Positions 19,148 through 27,236 of a DNA stretch of 64,000 nt are shown here, piece after piece; the stretch's first letter is position 1, and every line of letters begins with the position of its first letter. The notes beneath the pieces were generated by a model. The model had not been told where the DNA came from. It saw only the letters and a list, made by a program, of their open reading frames with translations, and made no database searches. Location: positions 18,332 to 82,331 of the IMG/VR virus record IMGVR_UViG_3300031867_000031; one strand, 5' to 3'. A program made the position numbers and the translations under genes. This stretch comes from a virus (Duplodnaviria > Caudoviricetes).

Positions 19148-19567
19148 GTGTTAATTCCGATTAAGTTTCTAGAGTATATGGGATTTATTAAAAACGTGGA
19201 GGTTAGTGAAGAAGGACCATCATCTAAAGATTTGTTAGAGGAGCACTTGAAAGAGTGCATAACAGAAAATGCGTTGGAGCACGTTGACACTGATAAAGCA
19301 ACCAAGGGAGCACAGAACATCGAATTGCTCACAAAGTCAATGGAGCATCTTGAAAAAGCAGAAGCAGAGCGACTTAAAGTCGAACTTCAGCTAGCGGAGG
19401 CTCGGAGACGACAATGGGTTAATTGGGATGTTGTGCTGCCTAAAATGGTAGCAATAGGTGTCACAGGTGCCGTAACAGTGTTTTGGTTGTGCCTTGAACA
19501 AGGTACTCCGATACCAATGAGATTGGTGAAGATGGCATCGGACTTGACTGTCCCACGCGGACTGTAA
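19148..19567 (+). CDS. Hypothetical protein with C-terminal TM helix
   Basis: GTG after AAAGGAG; preceded by the promoter motif at 19080 and followed by a hairpin plus U-tract. Confidence 0.55.
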   Translation: MLIPIKFLEYMGFIKNVEVSEEGPSSKDLLEEHLKECITENALEHVDTDKATKGAQNIELLTKSMEHLEKAEAERLKVELQLAEARRRQWVNWDVVLPKMVAIGVTGAVTVFWLCLEQGTPIPMRLVKMASDLTVPRGL

Positions 19568-19651
19568 AAAACTCTAGAGGTGGTTAGTCGAAAGATTAAC
19601 CACCTTTTCTTTTTTTTTCAAAAGATGATAGGAGGGAGGAGTAGAAGACAT

Positions 19652-20293
19652 ATGGAGCATATTCCTACTTTCATTGACCAATTAGATGCAGATTATATTT
19701 CACACCATGGCATTAAAGGAATGCGTTGGGGTGTAAGAAGATATCAAAATCCTGATGGCACATTAACGGCTAAAGGTAAACAAAGATATAAAAATACTAA
19801 GGTAATGTATAAAGATTTGAAAAAACAAGTACACAAGCAACGTGCTAAAGAACATGGCGGATCTAATAGATGGAGGACAGTTACTCCAATAGGCGAACAT
19901 TCTCGTAAATACATAGATGATATTTCGAAAAAAGAAGAGGCATATCGTAATTCAGATGCCTATAAGAAATGGGAAAAAGATTATGATAGTTTTCAAAAAA
20001 ATTGGAATAGAAAATTTGAAAAAACACCTACTTATGATTCAAAATTAATAGACCAATATAATAAAGAAGATCGCGAAATGATTAAAAAACGACCTAGAAA
20101 AAATTTCAAAAGTCCCTATGATGGTTTTTATACAGTTACTTCACAAGGTAGAAAATACACTAAACGTTATCTTAATGGTGCCGGCAGAGATTTATCTATG
20201 GCCTATGTTAGAGATTTGGGCTATTCAGAATCTACAGCTAGTAAAATGGTTGATCAAATGATAAAGTCTGGACGAACTCTTGGCATGGACTGA
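19652..20293 (+). CDS. HHG..WG-leader protein
   Basis: MEHIPTFIDQLDADYISHHGIKGMRWGVRRYQNPDGTLT; GGAGG RBS. Confidence 0.75.
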   Translation: MEHIPTFIDQLDADYISHHGIKGMRWGVRRYQNPDGTLTAKGKQRYKNTKVMYKDLKKQVHKQRAKEHGGSNRWRTVTPIGEHSRKYIDDISKKEEAYRNSDAYKKWEKDYDSFQKNWNRKFEKTPTYDSKLIDQYNKEDREMIKKRPRKNFKSPYDGFYTVTSQGRKYTKRYLNGAGRDLSMAYVRDLGYSESTASKMVDQMIKSGRTLGMD

Positions 20294-20329
20294 CGATCAA
20301 CCACTTTTTCTTTTTAAGGATTTTTCAAA

Positions 20330-20617
20330 ATGGAAGAAACGTTGTATATACTTATTAGAGAAAACATAAACCATGGAATTCGATCTTATCAAATTATTGA
20401 TTATAATACTGACTATGATGTTTTAAATAGTCAACGCGAGTATTTAATTAACCGCATTTTTGAGCGTGGCGATGGTTGGCTCTCTGAATTTGCATATGAT
20501 TCATTTGGAAAATCATCAATTGTTAGATACGCTATGCTTCGGGATACTATTAGAATTTGTTTTTCTGAAGAGAAAAGTGTAGGTATACAATTTAAAATAA
20601 TAATCCTGACTCATTAG
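20330..20617 (+). CDS. Hypothetical protein
   Basis: 95-aa ORF, AAGGA RBS. Confidence 0.5.
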   Translation: MEETLYILIRENINHGIRSYQIIDYNTDYDVLNSQREYLINRIFERGDGWLSEFAYDSFGKSSIVRYAMLRDTIRICFSEEKSVGIQFKIIILTH

Positions 20618-20669
20618 TTAATATTTTAAATCTAATTGAGTTCGCCAATTTTACCGACTCTTATATGAG

Positions 20670-20756
20670 AAGAATAGTAAAATAGTAGGTTAAAAGGTAA
20701 AACCACTATCACCGGACAGAAATACGGGTTCGAGCCCCGTCTATTTTACTATTCTT
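20670..20756 (+). ncRNA. tRNA-like RNA with a 16-bp extended acceptor stem and a degenerate anticodon arm
   Basis: AAGAATAGTAAAATAG pairs perfectly with CTATTTTACTATTCTT; D arm GGTT-AAAAGGTAA-AACC; T arm ACGGG-TTCGAGC-CCCGT; promoter motif upstream and U-tract downstream. Confidence 0.6.
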
Positions 20757-20792
20757 TTTATTTTTTAGCTTCACAAGAATAGGAGGGTAGAA

Positions 20793-21518
20793 GTGGAACA
20801 CCTACCATCATTTATAGATGATCTTCATGTTGATATTAAGCCGTCATTTATTGCGCATTCATTTAGAGATGAACATGATGCTAAAATGATGTATGGGTTG
20901 CCTAAGGTAAAGAAATTTCCTATGCCTGACGCAAAGCATGTACGATCTGCTATTAGGTTTTTTAATTACGCTAAACCATCTCAAGAACAAGAGTTAGCTA
21001 ATGCTATTCTAGCTCGAATGGATGATTATGGTATCGACCCCGATGATATTAATGTCGGTGATGATAATCGTTTTAAGAAATATTTACAGCATTCATATTT
21101 AGCGCATCATGGCATTAAAGGAATGCATTGGGGTGTGAGAAGGTATGAAAATTATGACGGCACTCTAACCGCTGCCGGTAAAAAACGTTATGAAGGATTA
21201 GATCGCAAAAGTCAAAAAGCTAAAAAGAAATATTTAAAAATGATGGATAAAGATATGGAAAATCATTTTTACAATCAGTTAAGTCCGAATGCTAGAAAAG
21301 TTTCTGCAATTGGGCGCAATGGACGTGAGATACTTGGACAAGCTTGGGGAGAAGCGTATCGAAAAGGATACGTAACCGATAAAGATCATGCACAAATTAA
21401 GAAAGCAGCTAAAGAGACTCGTTCATATATGTCCAAAAAGTATGGCGATTCTGCAATGAAAGCTTTTACAAGATCTGGAGTACTTTTTAGAAAAATTGAT
21501 GATTTTGATACGTTATAG
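20793..21518 (+). CDS. Two-part protein: DUF6582-like domain followed by an internal HHG..WG leader
   Basis: KKFPMPDAKHVRSAIRFFNY domain, then YLAHHGIKGMHWGVRRYEN at 21105. Confidence 0.65.
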   Translation: MEHLPSFIDDLHVDIKPSFIAHSFRDEHDAKMMYGLPKVKKFPMPDAKHVRSAIRFFNYAKPSQEQELANAILARMDDYGIDPDDINVGDDNRFKKYLQHSYLAHHGIKGMHWGVRRYENYDGTLTAAGKKRYEGLDRKSQKAKKKYLKMMDKDMENHFYNQLSPNARKVSAIGRNGREILGQAWGEAYRKGYVTDKDHAQIKKAAKETRSYMSKKYGDSAMKAFTRSGVLFRKIDDFDTL

Positions 21519-21608
21519 AATCAACTATACTTTTATATTTTTCGCAGAAAAAACTCCTCCTTTATAGCAAGAGTCCAAAAGAGACTTAACTATTGAGAGG
21601 AGTTGTAT

Positions 21609-21923
21609 ATGAGCGGGACAGCTATTCCAGCATATAACCATGATGACCGTAATCATTGGTTTATTTGGCATGTGTTGGCTCACGAGCTCACGGAGGAGGA
21701 TTTCGAGGCAATTCAGTTGGCCCTCATCGAGCGCGAGGATGATCACAAAGCGATTGACAAGACGCAAGTGGTGTTCCACGAATTCGATAAGGGAACTATG
21801 ATGCAGCCAAGGCCTGTTCCTGAGTTTTATAAGCAAAAGGCGCATCGCTACGTAGACTGGTCTACGGCCATGGATATTTGCATGGTCCTTAGCAAGTACA
21901 CAGATTTCTATAGCAAGAAGTAA
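21609..21923 (+). CDS. Hypothetical protein in its own promoter-terminator cassette
   Basis: Promoter motif at 21541, GAGGAG RBS, terminator at about 21937-21970; higher GC than its neighbours. Confidence 0.55.
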   Translation: MSGTAIPAYNHDDRNHWFIWHVLAHELTEEDFEAIQLALIEREDDHKAIDKTQVVFHEFDKGTMMQPRPVPEFYKQKAHRYVDWSTAMDICMVLSKYTDFYSKK

Positions 21924-22139
21924 AGGACTTTTGAAAAAGGATTGTGAGGTCGAAAGACTTTACAATCCTTTTTTCTTTTTTTTACTATACTTTATTTTTT
22001 AGGAGGAATTAGACGTTAGTTATATTTCAAATCATGGTATTTTAGTGTATGAAACACTCTTACAAAACCCCAGGTAAACGGCTTGTTAAAAAGCGTTTTT
22101 AGAGCTTAAAAATTGACAAACGACTAATTACCCATAAAG

Positions 22140-22526
22140 TTGGCGATTTCAATTATGTCGTATGATAGAGATGGTGATATTTTTAAGCTTCATAATATAG
22201 GAGTCTCGGATATGAAACTTTCAGAGTTTTACAAATTGTCTAAACAACGAATTCGTCAAATTATTTTTGAGCAACGTCGTAGACATAGAAAAGGCAACCC
22301 TGATATTCCACAAATTGATACCATGTGCAGAATTCTTGGTTGGAGAGAAAATGAGAGAGGAAAACTTCAATCGATTTTGCACAAGAATGGATACACTTCG
22401 TATGATGATAAATGGCGAGATTTATCCTCGGATGATATTTTAGCCATACCTTTGTTGGGGCCGTCTGCTGTGTGCATTATTTGGCTTGCTCAAAACATGG
22501 ATGACGAAACGGATTCGACTAAATAG
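22140..22526 (+). CDS. Sigma70 region-4-like HTH fused to an RNAP alpha-CTD-like domain
   Basis: LSKQRIRQI (sigma 4.2-like) and ILHKNGY...LSSDDILAIPLLGPSAV (alpha-CTD-like HhH). Confidence 0.55.
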   Translation: MAISIMSYDRDGDIFKLHNIGVSDMKLSEFYKLSKQRIRQIIFEQRRRHRKGNPDIPQIDTMCRILGWRENERGKLQSILHKNGYTSYDDKWRDLSSDDILAIPLLGPSAVCIIWLAQNMDDETDSTK

Positions 22527-22537
22527 GATTTGGATAT

Positions 22538-22726
22538 TTGATGATACTTTTAGTTATTAGCATTTTGGTATCTATAACGATAGATGCTTCGCTTAAAGTA
22601 ATTAGTTTTATGAGTATGTATTCGAGATATATGAGTTCTGCATATTTGAAATTTATTAGAGCGCAAATTGCTATTAGCATAATCGAGCTATTTAGTATTG
22701 CGTTGTTGATAGTTCGGTTGGGTTAG
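22538..22726 (+). CDS. Small two-TM membrane protein
   Basis: Two hydrophobic stretches in 62 aa. Confidence 0.5.
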   Translation: MMILLVISILVSITIDASLKVISFMSMYSRYMSSAYLKFIRAQIAISIIELFSIALLIVRLG

Positions 22727-22740
22727 GAGGGTAAAAGATT

Positions 22741-23368
22741 ATGGAGTATCTTCCGACTTTTATTGATCAATTAGATGTAGATTATATTTCACATCATGGA
22801 ATTAAAGGAATGCATTGGGGGTATAAGAAGGTATCAGAATGCTGATGGTTCTTTGACACCTGCTGGAAGAAAACGGTATGACGAAACAACAAAGCTTATG
22901 CGACGTGCTGATTCTTATGAATCTGCTGCTAAACATTTAAATTCGCAAATACATCCTAACAAAAGTAGGATAGAACGCGCTAGAATAATGACTCAAGCTG
23001 TAAAAGCACAACAAAAAGCGGATCGTATACGCTCAAGATTAGACCCCGATATTGTTTCTAAAATTGAACAGGATAGAAAAATTGAATTGAAGAAAAAGCA
23101 AGCGGCAAAAGAAAAAGAATGGCATAATAGTCCATCTAGCAGAAGATATCGTTTTATGGATGACGCAATGCATGAAGTATTTGGAGCAAATACCAAAAGT
23201 GATTATAGGAATCTATATAGAGAAATGAGTAAGGACAAACGTTTTAAAAATTTATTAGATTCTGAAGATAATGATGATTACAAAGAAGCAGAAGCGGCTT
23301 GGCTTAAAAAGCATGGGTATTGGGAATCATATTTAGATGCTATACATAATGGTTATAAAGACATATAA
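22741..23368 (+). pseudogene. Frameshifted HHG..WG-leader gene (+1 G in a G5 run)
   Basis: From ATG 22741: MEYLPTFIDQLDVDYISHHGIKGMHWG, then stop at 22843-22845. The expected IRRYQNADGSLT continues in another frame; deleting one G of 22817-22821 joins them. Confidence 0.75.
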
Positions 23369-23502
23369 TCTCATATAGGATGATTGGTTAGTATATCTGG
23401 GGCTGGATGTCGTAAGATTTCCAGCTCCTTATATTTTTTTTGCCTACCTCGCTAAAAAAACTTTCCTAAAATAAGAGAAAGTTCTATAAAGGAGGTAAAG
23501 AA

Positions 23503-23727
23503 ATGAGTGAAATAAAATTTAGCGATAGAATGATATTTGCAACAAAGCATTTGATCAAGAGCATAGAGTTGTCGGTAGATAATTCTGTAGCATCTATAAA
23601 ATCGATTGGTATGTTATCAAGAGGTAATATGGAGCAATGGAGTTATTCTCGAAGCTCTATGAAGACTAGAAAAGCTGCTAAGAATGTACATATTAAAATC
23701 GCTAAAGCAGCGATGGTTGTAAAATAG
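23503..23727 (+). CDS. Hypothetical protein (cassette gene)
   Basis: Promoter motif at 23448, AGGAGG RBS, type-A hairpin after the stop. Confidence 0.6.
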   Translation: MSEIKFSDRMIFATKHLIKSIELSVDNSVASIKSIGMLSRGNMEQWSYSRSSMKTRKAAKNVHIKIAKAAMVVK

Positions 23728-23735
23728 AACTTTTT

Positions 23736-23777
23736 AGAGAAGTCGATGTATAGAAAGTTTATGCATGGACTTTCTCT
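23736..23777 (+). terminator. Type-A repeated hairpin/terminator, copy 1
   Basis: AGAGAAGTC..ATGTATA-GAAAGTT-TATGCAT..GACTTTCTCT plus U-tract; near-identical copies at 25005, 25715 and 26961. Confidence 0.7.
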
Positions 23778-23868
23778 TTTTTTGTTATATTTACCTTTTG
23801 TAAAAATTTTTGTCTCGTTAAATTTACCTTTTGTATTATAAGAAGGGCGCTAGAAGGAGCGATGAAAA

Positions 23869-24024
23869 ATGAAGTGCGAAATTTGTAAGAAGAACAATGG
23901 ACGGAAGTATAAAAGTGAAGTGTTTGATACGATTTGTCTTTGTGACAAATGTGTTAAACAACTTGGCGGAAAGAAAAAGGCCATTGAGGCTTATGAAATT
24001 GGGAATGTAGTTTTTGTTAAGTAG
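23869..24024 (+). CDS. Small Zn-finger protein (51 aa)
   Basis: Hand-translated MKCEICKKNNGRKYKSEVFDTICLCDKCVKQLGG...; promoter motif at 23814. Confidence 0.6.
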   Translation: MKCEICKKNNGRKYKSEVFDTICLCDKCVKQLGGKKKAIEAYEIGNVVFVK

Positions 24025-24115
24025 TATTTAACCAGCGCCCTTCTTTTTACCATTGATTATATTTTTTCGCATTTTTAACTTTTATTTATATAGGATTCTA
24101 TGAAAGGAGATAAAA

Positions 24116-24367
24116 GTGTATTTGACATCTTTTGAACAAATGTTATTGCAAGATCACATACAAGTTTATAAGAATCGACGCGAAGCATTGTTAATAGATC
24201 TTAATATTTATAAGATGGATGTTAGCTTTATGCGAGATGCAATAAAGCGTAATGATTATAAAAGATATAAGGTTTGGAAAAAATTCGTATACAGATCATA
24301 TAAACGAGTAAAAGTAACAGCACTACAAGTGTTGAAATACATGTTTGTTTATGCAAGATTGATTTAG
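24116..24367 (+). CDS. Hypothetical protein (cassette gene)
   Basis: Promoter motif at 24066, AAAGGAG RBS, GTG start. Confidence 0.55.
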   Translation: MYLTSFEQMLLQDHIQVYKNRREALLIDLNIYKMDVSFMRDAIKRNDYKRYKVWKKFVYRSYKRVKVTALQVLKYMFVYARLI

Positions 24368-24374
24368 AATTCTA

Positions 24375-24415
24375 TATAGACGCCGCTTTTACAGGGCGTT
24401 TATATTTTTGTCTCG
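24375..24415 (+). terminator. Type-B repeated hairpin/terminator, copy 1
   Basis: TATAGACGCC-GCTTTTACAG-GGCGTTTATATTTTTGTCTCG; copies at 25387 and 26653. Confidence 0.65.
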
Positions 24416-24438
24416 CTATAATAACCATTCATATAATG

Positions 24439-24576
24439 AGGAAGAGGAGTATAAACCCCGGCAGGCTTAGGTGTCTTACCACTGCGCGGAGCCCTAAGTC
24501 AGGTCGGACAAATAGTTCAATGGTAGAACGCCGATCTATAATGACGGAGACTCAGGTTCGAAGCCTGAAACTTCCT
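24439..24576 (+). ncRNA. tRNA-like RNA with an extra 5' hairpin domain
   Basis: D arm GTTC-AATGGTA-GAAC, imperfect anticodon arm, T arm TCAGG-TTCGAAG-CCTGA; AGGAAG (24439) pairs with CTTCCT (24571) across an inserted GGCTTAGG/CCTAAGTC hairpin. Confidence 0.55.
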
Positions 24577-24820
24577 TTTATATTTTTGTCTCGTTAAATT
24601 TACTTTCCCTAATATAGGAAGAGAGGTACATTTTATGCGAATGGAACGGCTGAAAAGCAAGGCGACACGGCAGTACCTGCGGTGACCCAGTAATAGGTAG
24701 CATATAGGTTAAAGGCCTATCATTTTTTTTTCGTTATATTTACTTTTTATAAAAATTTTTGCCTCGCTAAAAATACTATTCCTAATATAGGAAAGTTGGA
24801 CCTAGTAGAAAGGCACAAAA

Positions 24821-24997
24821 ATGATGTCAAAGAAGTTTACGGATGCCACGACATGCTTGCTGGTTACAACTATCGTAAGTGGTTACGTGGTGGCCAGGTT
24901 TGCACCACGTATCGGCTATACGATAGCCTGGACCAGCTACCTGTTGGCGGCTGGGACTTCCTTGGCAAGCGCAGTTTGCGCTTTCAAGGAACTCTAG
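24821..24997 (+). CDS. Small two-TM membrane protein (58 aa; a different frame from the ORF-track call)
   Basis: ATG after AGAAAGG; MMSKKFTDATTCLLVTTIVSGYVVARFAPRIGYTIAWTSYLLAAGTSLASAVCAFKEL. Confidence 0.6.
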   Translation: MMSKKFTDATTCLLVTTIVSGYVVARFAPRIGYTIAWTSYLLAAGTSLASAVCAFKEL

Positions 24998-25004
24998 TTC
25001 TAAA

Positions 25005-25044
25005 AGAGAAGTTCATGTAGAAAGTTTATACATGGGCTTTCTCT
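25005..25044 (+). terminator. Type-A repeated hairpin/terminator, copy 2
   Basis: Same stem and GAAAGTTT loop as 23736, plus U-tract. Confidence 0.7.
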
Positions 25045-25129
25045 TTTTCGTTATATTTACTTTTTGTATTTTTTTTTCGCACATTTAACTAGTCCTTATA
25101 TAGGTAGAACCTATAGAAAGGAATTTACG

Positions 25130-25384
25130 ATGAGTAAGATTTATAAGATCAAGTACCTCACTTGGTATGAAGATTGGGATCGTTATATTCAACATGAGTA
25201 TACATATCTGAACGAAATATCGGATCTGGAGGCAGCGATAGCAATAGCAAAATCGGTTGTCGATCAGTACATATTATGCTCAGATGACTATGCTACATTT
25301 GAACTGAACAATCACCATTTTGGCGCATACCAAGAGGACAGGATTATGGGTCAAGCTGACGGAATTCGAGTATGGGTTGAATGA
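25130..25384 (+). CDS. Hypothetical protein, paralogue of 26396-26650
   Basis: MSKIYKIKYLTWYEDWDRYIQHEY...; near-identical to the second copy. Confidence 0.7.
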   Translation: MSKIYKIKYLTWYEDWDRYIQHEYTYLNEISDLEAAIAIAKSVVDQYILCSDDYATFELNNHHFGAYQEDRIMGQADGIRVWVE

Positions 25385-25386
25385 GC

Positions 25387-25427
25387 TATAGACGCCGCTT
25401 TTATAGGGCGTTTATATTTTTGCCTCG
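25387..25427 (+). terminator. Type-B repeated hairpin/terminator, copy 2
   Basis: TATAGACGCCGCTTTTATAGGGCGTTTATATTTTTGCCTCG. Confidence 0.65.
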
Positions 25428-25476
25428 TTGAAAATACCATTACTTATATAGGAAGAAATCCGTAGAAAGGATAGAC

Positions 25477-25707
25477 ATGAAACATTGGTATTGGGCATGC
25501 GAACTTTCTAATGGCGAATTTACTGCAAACACATTTGCGGATGCATCGTCACTTTACGAGGTTTGGAATAAGATTGAGCAAATCTTTACCAGGCGAGTAG
25601 CAAGGGGACGTATAGATCCGACTAGTTTAACAGTAGATGAAACTGGAATAAAGTTCGTAGAGACTCGTCATCACGACCAAATCGAGTGGCGAATTTGTAT
25701 GGATTAA
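25477..25707 (+). CDS. Hypothetical protein (cassette gene)
   Basis: Promoter motif at 25424, GAAAGGA RBS. Confidence 0.6.
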   Translation: MKHWYWACELSNGEFTANTFADASSLYEVWNKIEQIFTRRVARGRIDPTSLTVDETGIKFVETRHHDQIEWRICMD

Positions 25708-25714
25708 ACCAAAG

Positions 25715-25756
25715 AGAGAAGTCAATGTATAGAAAGTTTATACATGGGCTTTCTCT
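25715..25756 (+). terminator. Type-A repeated hairpin/terminator, copy 3
   Basis: Same stem and loop plus U-tract. Confidence 0.7.
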
Positions 25757-25835
25757 TTTTGTTATATTTACTTTTTGTATTTTTTTTTCGCAATTTTAAC
25801 TCATACTATATAGGATGAGTTAAGATTGGAGATTT

Positions 25836-26126
25836 ATGAAATACGAAATAAAAATCGCATGGTATTTATCAAAAAATTTACCAGTAATCGAACAAACTAT
25901 TGGGTTTTGTGATAATAAAAAGAAAGCTTATAGATTAATTGTTGGTATAGCAAAAATGATTGCTAAGTATCAAACAATTGACTATAACTGTATAGAATTA
26001 AAAAATTGTAAACGAGGCGCTATATTTGGAAAAATTGCGATTATTGAACACTTAGATAAAATGCAACGAAAGTATGGTCCATTTTATACCCATCCACTAG
26101 TGTTAGGGAAACCTAAAAACTTATAG
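25836..26126 (+). CDS. Hypothetical protein (cassette gene)
   Basis: Promoter motif at 25787, GGAG RBS, hairpin AGCAAGTT/AACTTGCT after the stop. Confidence 0.55.
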   Translation: MKYEIKIAWYLSKNLPVIEQTIGFCDNKKKAYRLIVGIAKMIAKYQTIDYNCIELKNCKRGAIFGKIAIIEHLDKMQRKYGPFYTHPLVLGKPKNL

Positions 26127-26177
26127 CAAGTTGATATTTAACTTGCTTTTAGTTTTTTTTACGTTAGGAGATGTATT

Positions 26178-26354
26178 ATGGTAGATGAACAGAAAAAACT
26201 TAAAAAGGTTCTCGATGATATTCAAGAAAAACTTACTCATTATCCTTCTATAGTGGATGAAGATCCAAACCAAGATGAATATTATTTAGTGGTTTTACCA
26301 TTAACAAAATCTGAAATGAAAGCGTTAGAAAAACTTATATCTTCGCACATTTAA
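26178..26354 (+). CDS. Small hypothetical protein (58 aa)
   Basis: AGGAG RBS; MVDEQKKLKKVLDDIQEKL...; its 3' end overlaps the next promoter motif. Confidence 0.5.
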   Translation: MVDEQKKLKKVLDDIQEKLTHYPSIVDEDPNQDEYYLVVLPLTKSEMKALEKLISSHI

Positions 26355-26395
26355 CCAGTCCTTATATAGGTAGAACCTATAGAAAGGAATTTACG

Positions 26396-26650
26396 ATGAG
26401 TAAGATTTATAAAATCAAGTACCTCATTTGGAATGAAGATTGGGATCGTTATATTCAACACGAGTATACATATCTGAACGAAATATCGGATCTGGAGGTA
26501 GCGATAGCAATAGCAAAATCGCTTGTCGACCAGTACATATCGTGCTCGGATAACTATATCACATTTGAGCTTAACGATCGCCATTTTGGTGCATACCAAG
26601 AGGACAGGTTTATGGCTCAAGCAGACGGAATTCGAGTATGGGTTGCGTAA
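26396..26650 (+). CDS. Hypothetical protein, paralogue of 25130-25384
   Basis: MSKIYKIKYLIWNEDWDRYIQHEY... Confidence 0.7.
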   Translation: MSKIYKIKYLIWNEDWDRYIQHEYTYLNEISDLEVAIAIAKSLVDQYISCSDNYITFELNDRHFGAYQEDRFMAQADGIRVWVA

Positions 26651-26652
26651 GA

Positions 26653-26693
26653 TATAGGCGCCGCTTTTACAGGGCGTTTATATTTTTGCCTCG
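26653..26693 (+). terminator. Type-B repeated hairpin/terminator, copy 3
   Basis: TATAGGCGCCGCTTTTACAGGGCGTTTATATTTTTGCCTCG. Confidence 0.65.
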
Positions 26694-26747
26694 TTGAATT
26701 TACCTTTACTTATATAGGAAAGTAATAAACTATTCAGGAGGTAAAAA

Positions 26748-26954
26748 ATGAGTTTTTATTGCGTTTATGGCTATGCAGACAACGACTGCGGATGGACTGA
26801 AGATTTCAACAATCTCGAAGAGGCTAAAAATCGTCTTTCGGAGATTATGACAGAAGATGAGGTTGCTGATATTACAGAGACAGAAGGCGGCGAGAATAGT
26901 ATAGTGCATTACAAGACAAATGACGGATACAACTACGGAATCAGTTTGTTCTAA
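26748..26954 (+). CDS. Small acidic hypothetical protein (cassette gene)
   Basis: Promoter motif at 26690, AGGAGG RBS. Confidence 0.6.
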   Translation: MSFYCVYGYADNDCGWTEDFNNLEEAKNRLSEIMTEDEVADITETEGGENSIVHYKTNDGYNYGISLF

Positions 26955-26960
26955 CTAAAA

Positions 26961-27002
26961 AGAGAGGTCGACGTATAGAAAGTTTATACGTGGACTTTCT
27001 CT
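26961..27002 (+). terminator. Type-A repeated hairpin/terminator, copy 4
   Basis: AGAGAGGTC.ACGTATA-GAAAGTT-TATACGT.GACTTTCTCT; compensatory changes relative to the other copies. Confidence 0.7.
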
Positions 27003-27062
27003 TTTTTATATTTACTTTTTGTAAAAATTTTTGCTTCGCTAAAATTACTATTCATATTTTAG

Positions 27063-27236
27063 AAAGGGAGAGAAACTAAGAGATCGTAGAGCCATTGCTG
27101 GTGAAAACCCAGCCATCTATGCGAACGGCCACCTGTAGTCAGCATAGACTCGCCCCTTTTATATTTGTAGCGGACCTAGGTGGTATGAGGGAGACTAGGC
27201 AAAGAGGAATCGACAAAGGTCGAGCGGTAAATCCGT
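27063..27236 (+). ncRNA. Two adjacent structured non-coding elements
   Basis: Stems AAAGGGAGAG/CTCGCCCCTTT, GCTGG/CCAGC and CTATGC/GCATAG; then GCGGA/TCCGT, CCTAG/CTAGG and TCGAC/GTCGA; downstream of promoter 27035. Confidence 0.45.

Noticed and set aside
21525-21845. Minus-strand 106-aa ORF
   Set aside because: Antisense to the promoter- and RBS-supported gene at 21609-21923.
24439-24576. tmRNA or SRP RNA
   Set aside because: Too short for tmRNA, with no tag ORF; lacks the SRP GGAA-loop helix context.
24796-25020. ORF-track 74-aa protein
   Set aside because: Its TTG start lies at the predicted transcript start without an RBS; the frame at 24821-24997 has a proper RBS and a coherent membrane protein.
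23736-27002. Type-A/B repeats as a CRISPR array or integron attC sites
   Set aside because: Spacers are whole genes of uneven length; the repeats are hairpins with U-tracts fused to promoters; no RYYYAAC/GTTRRRY boxes and no cas or integrase gene in the window.
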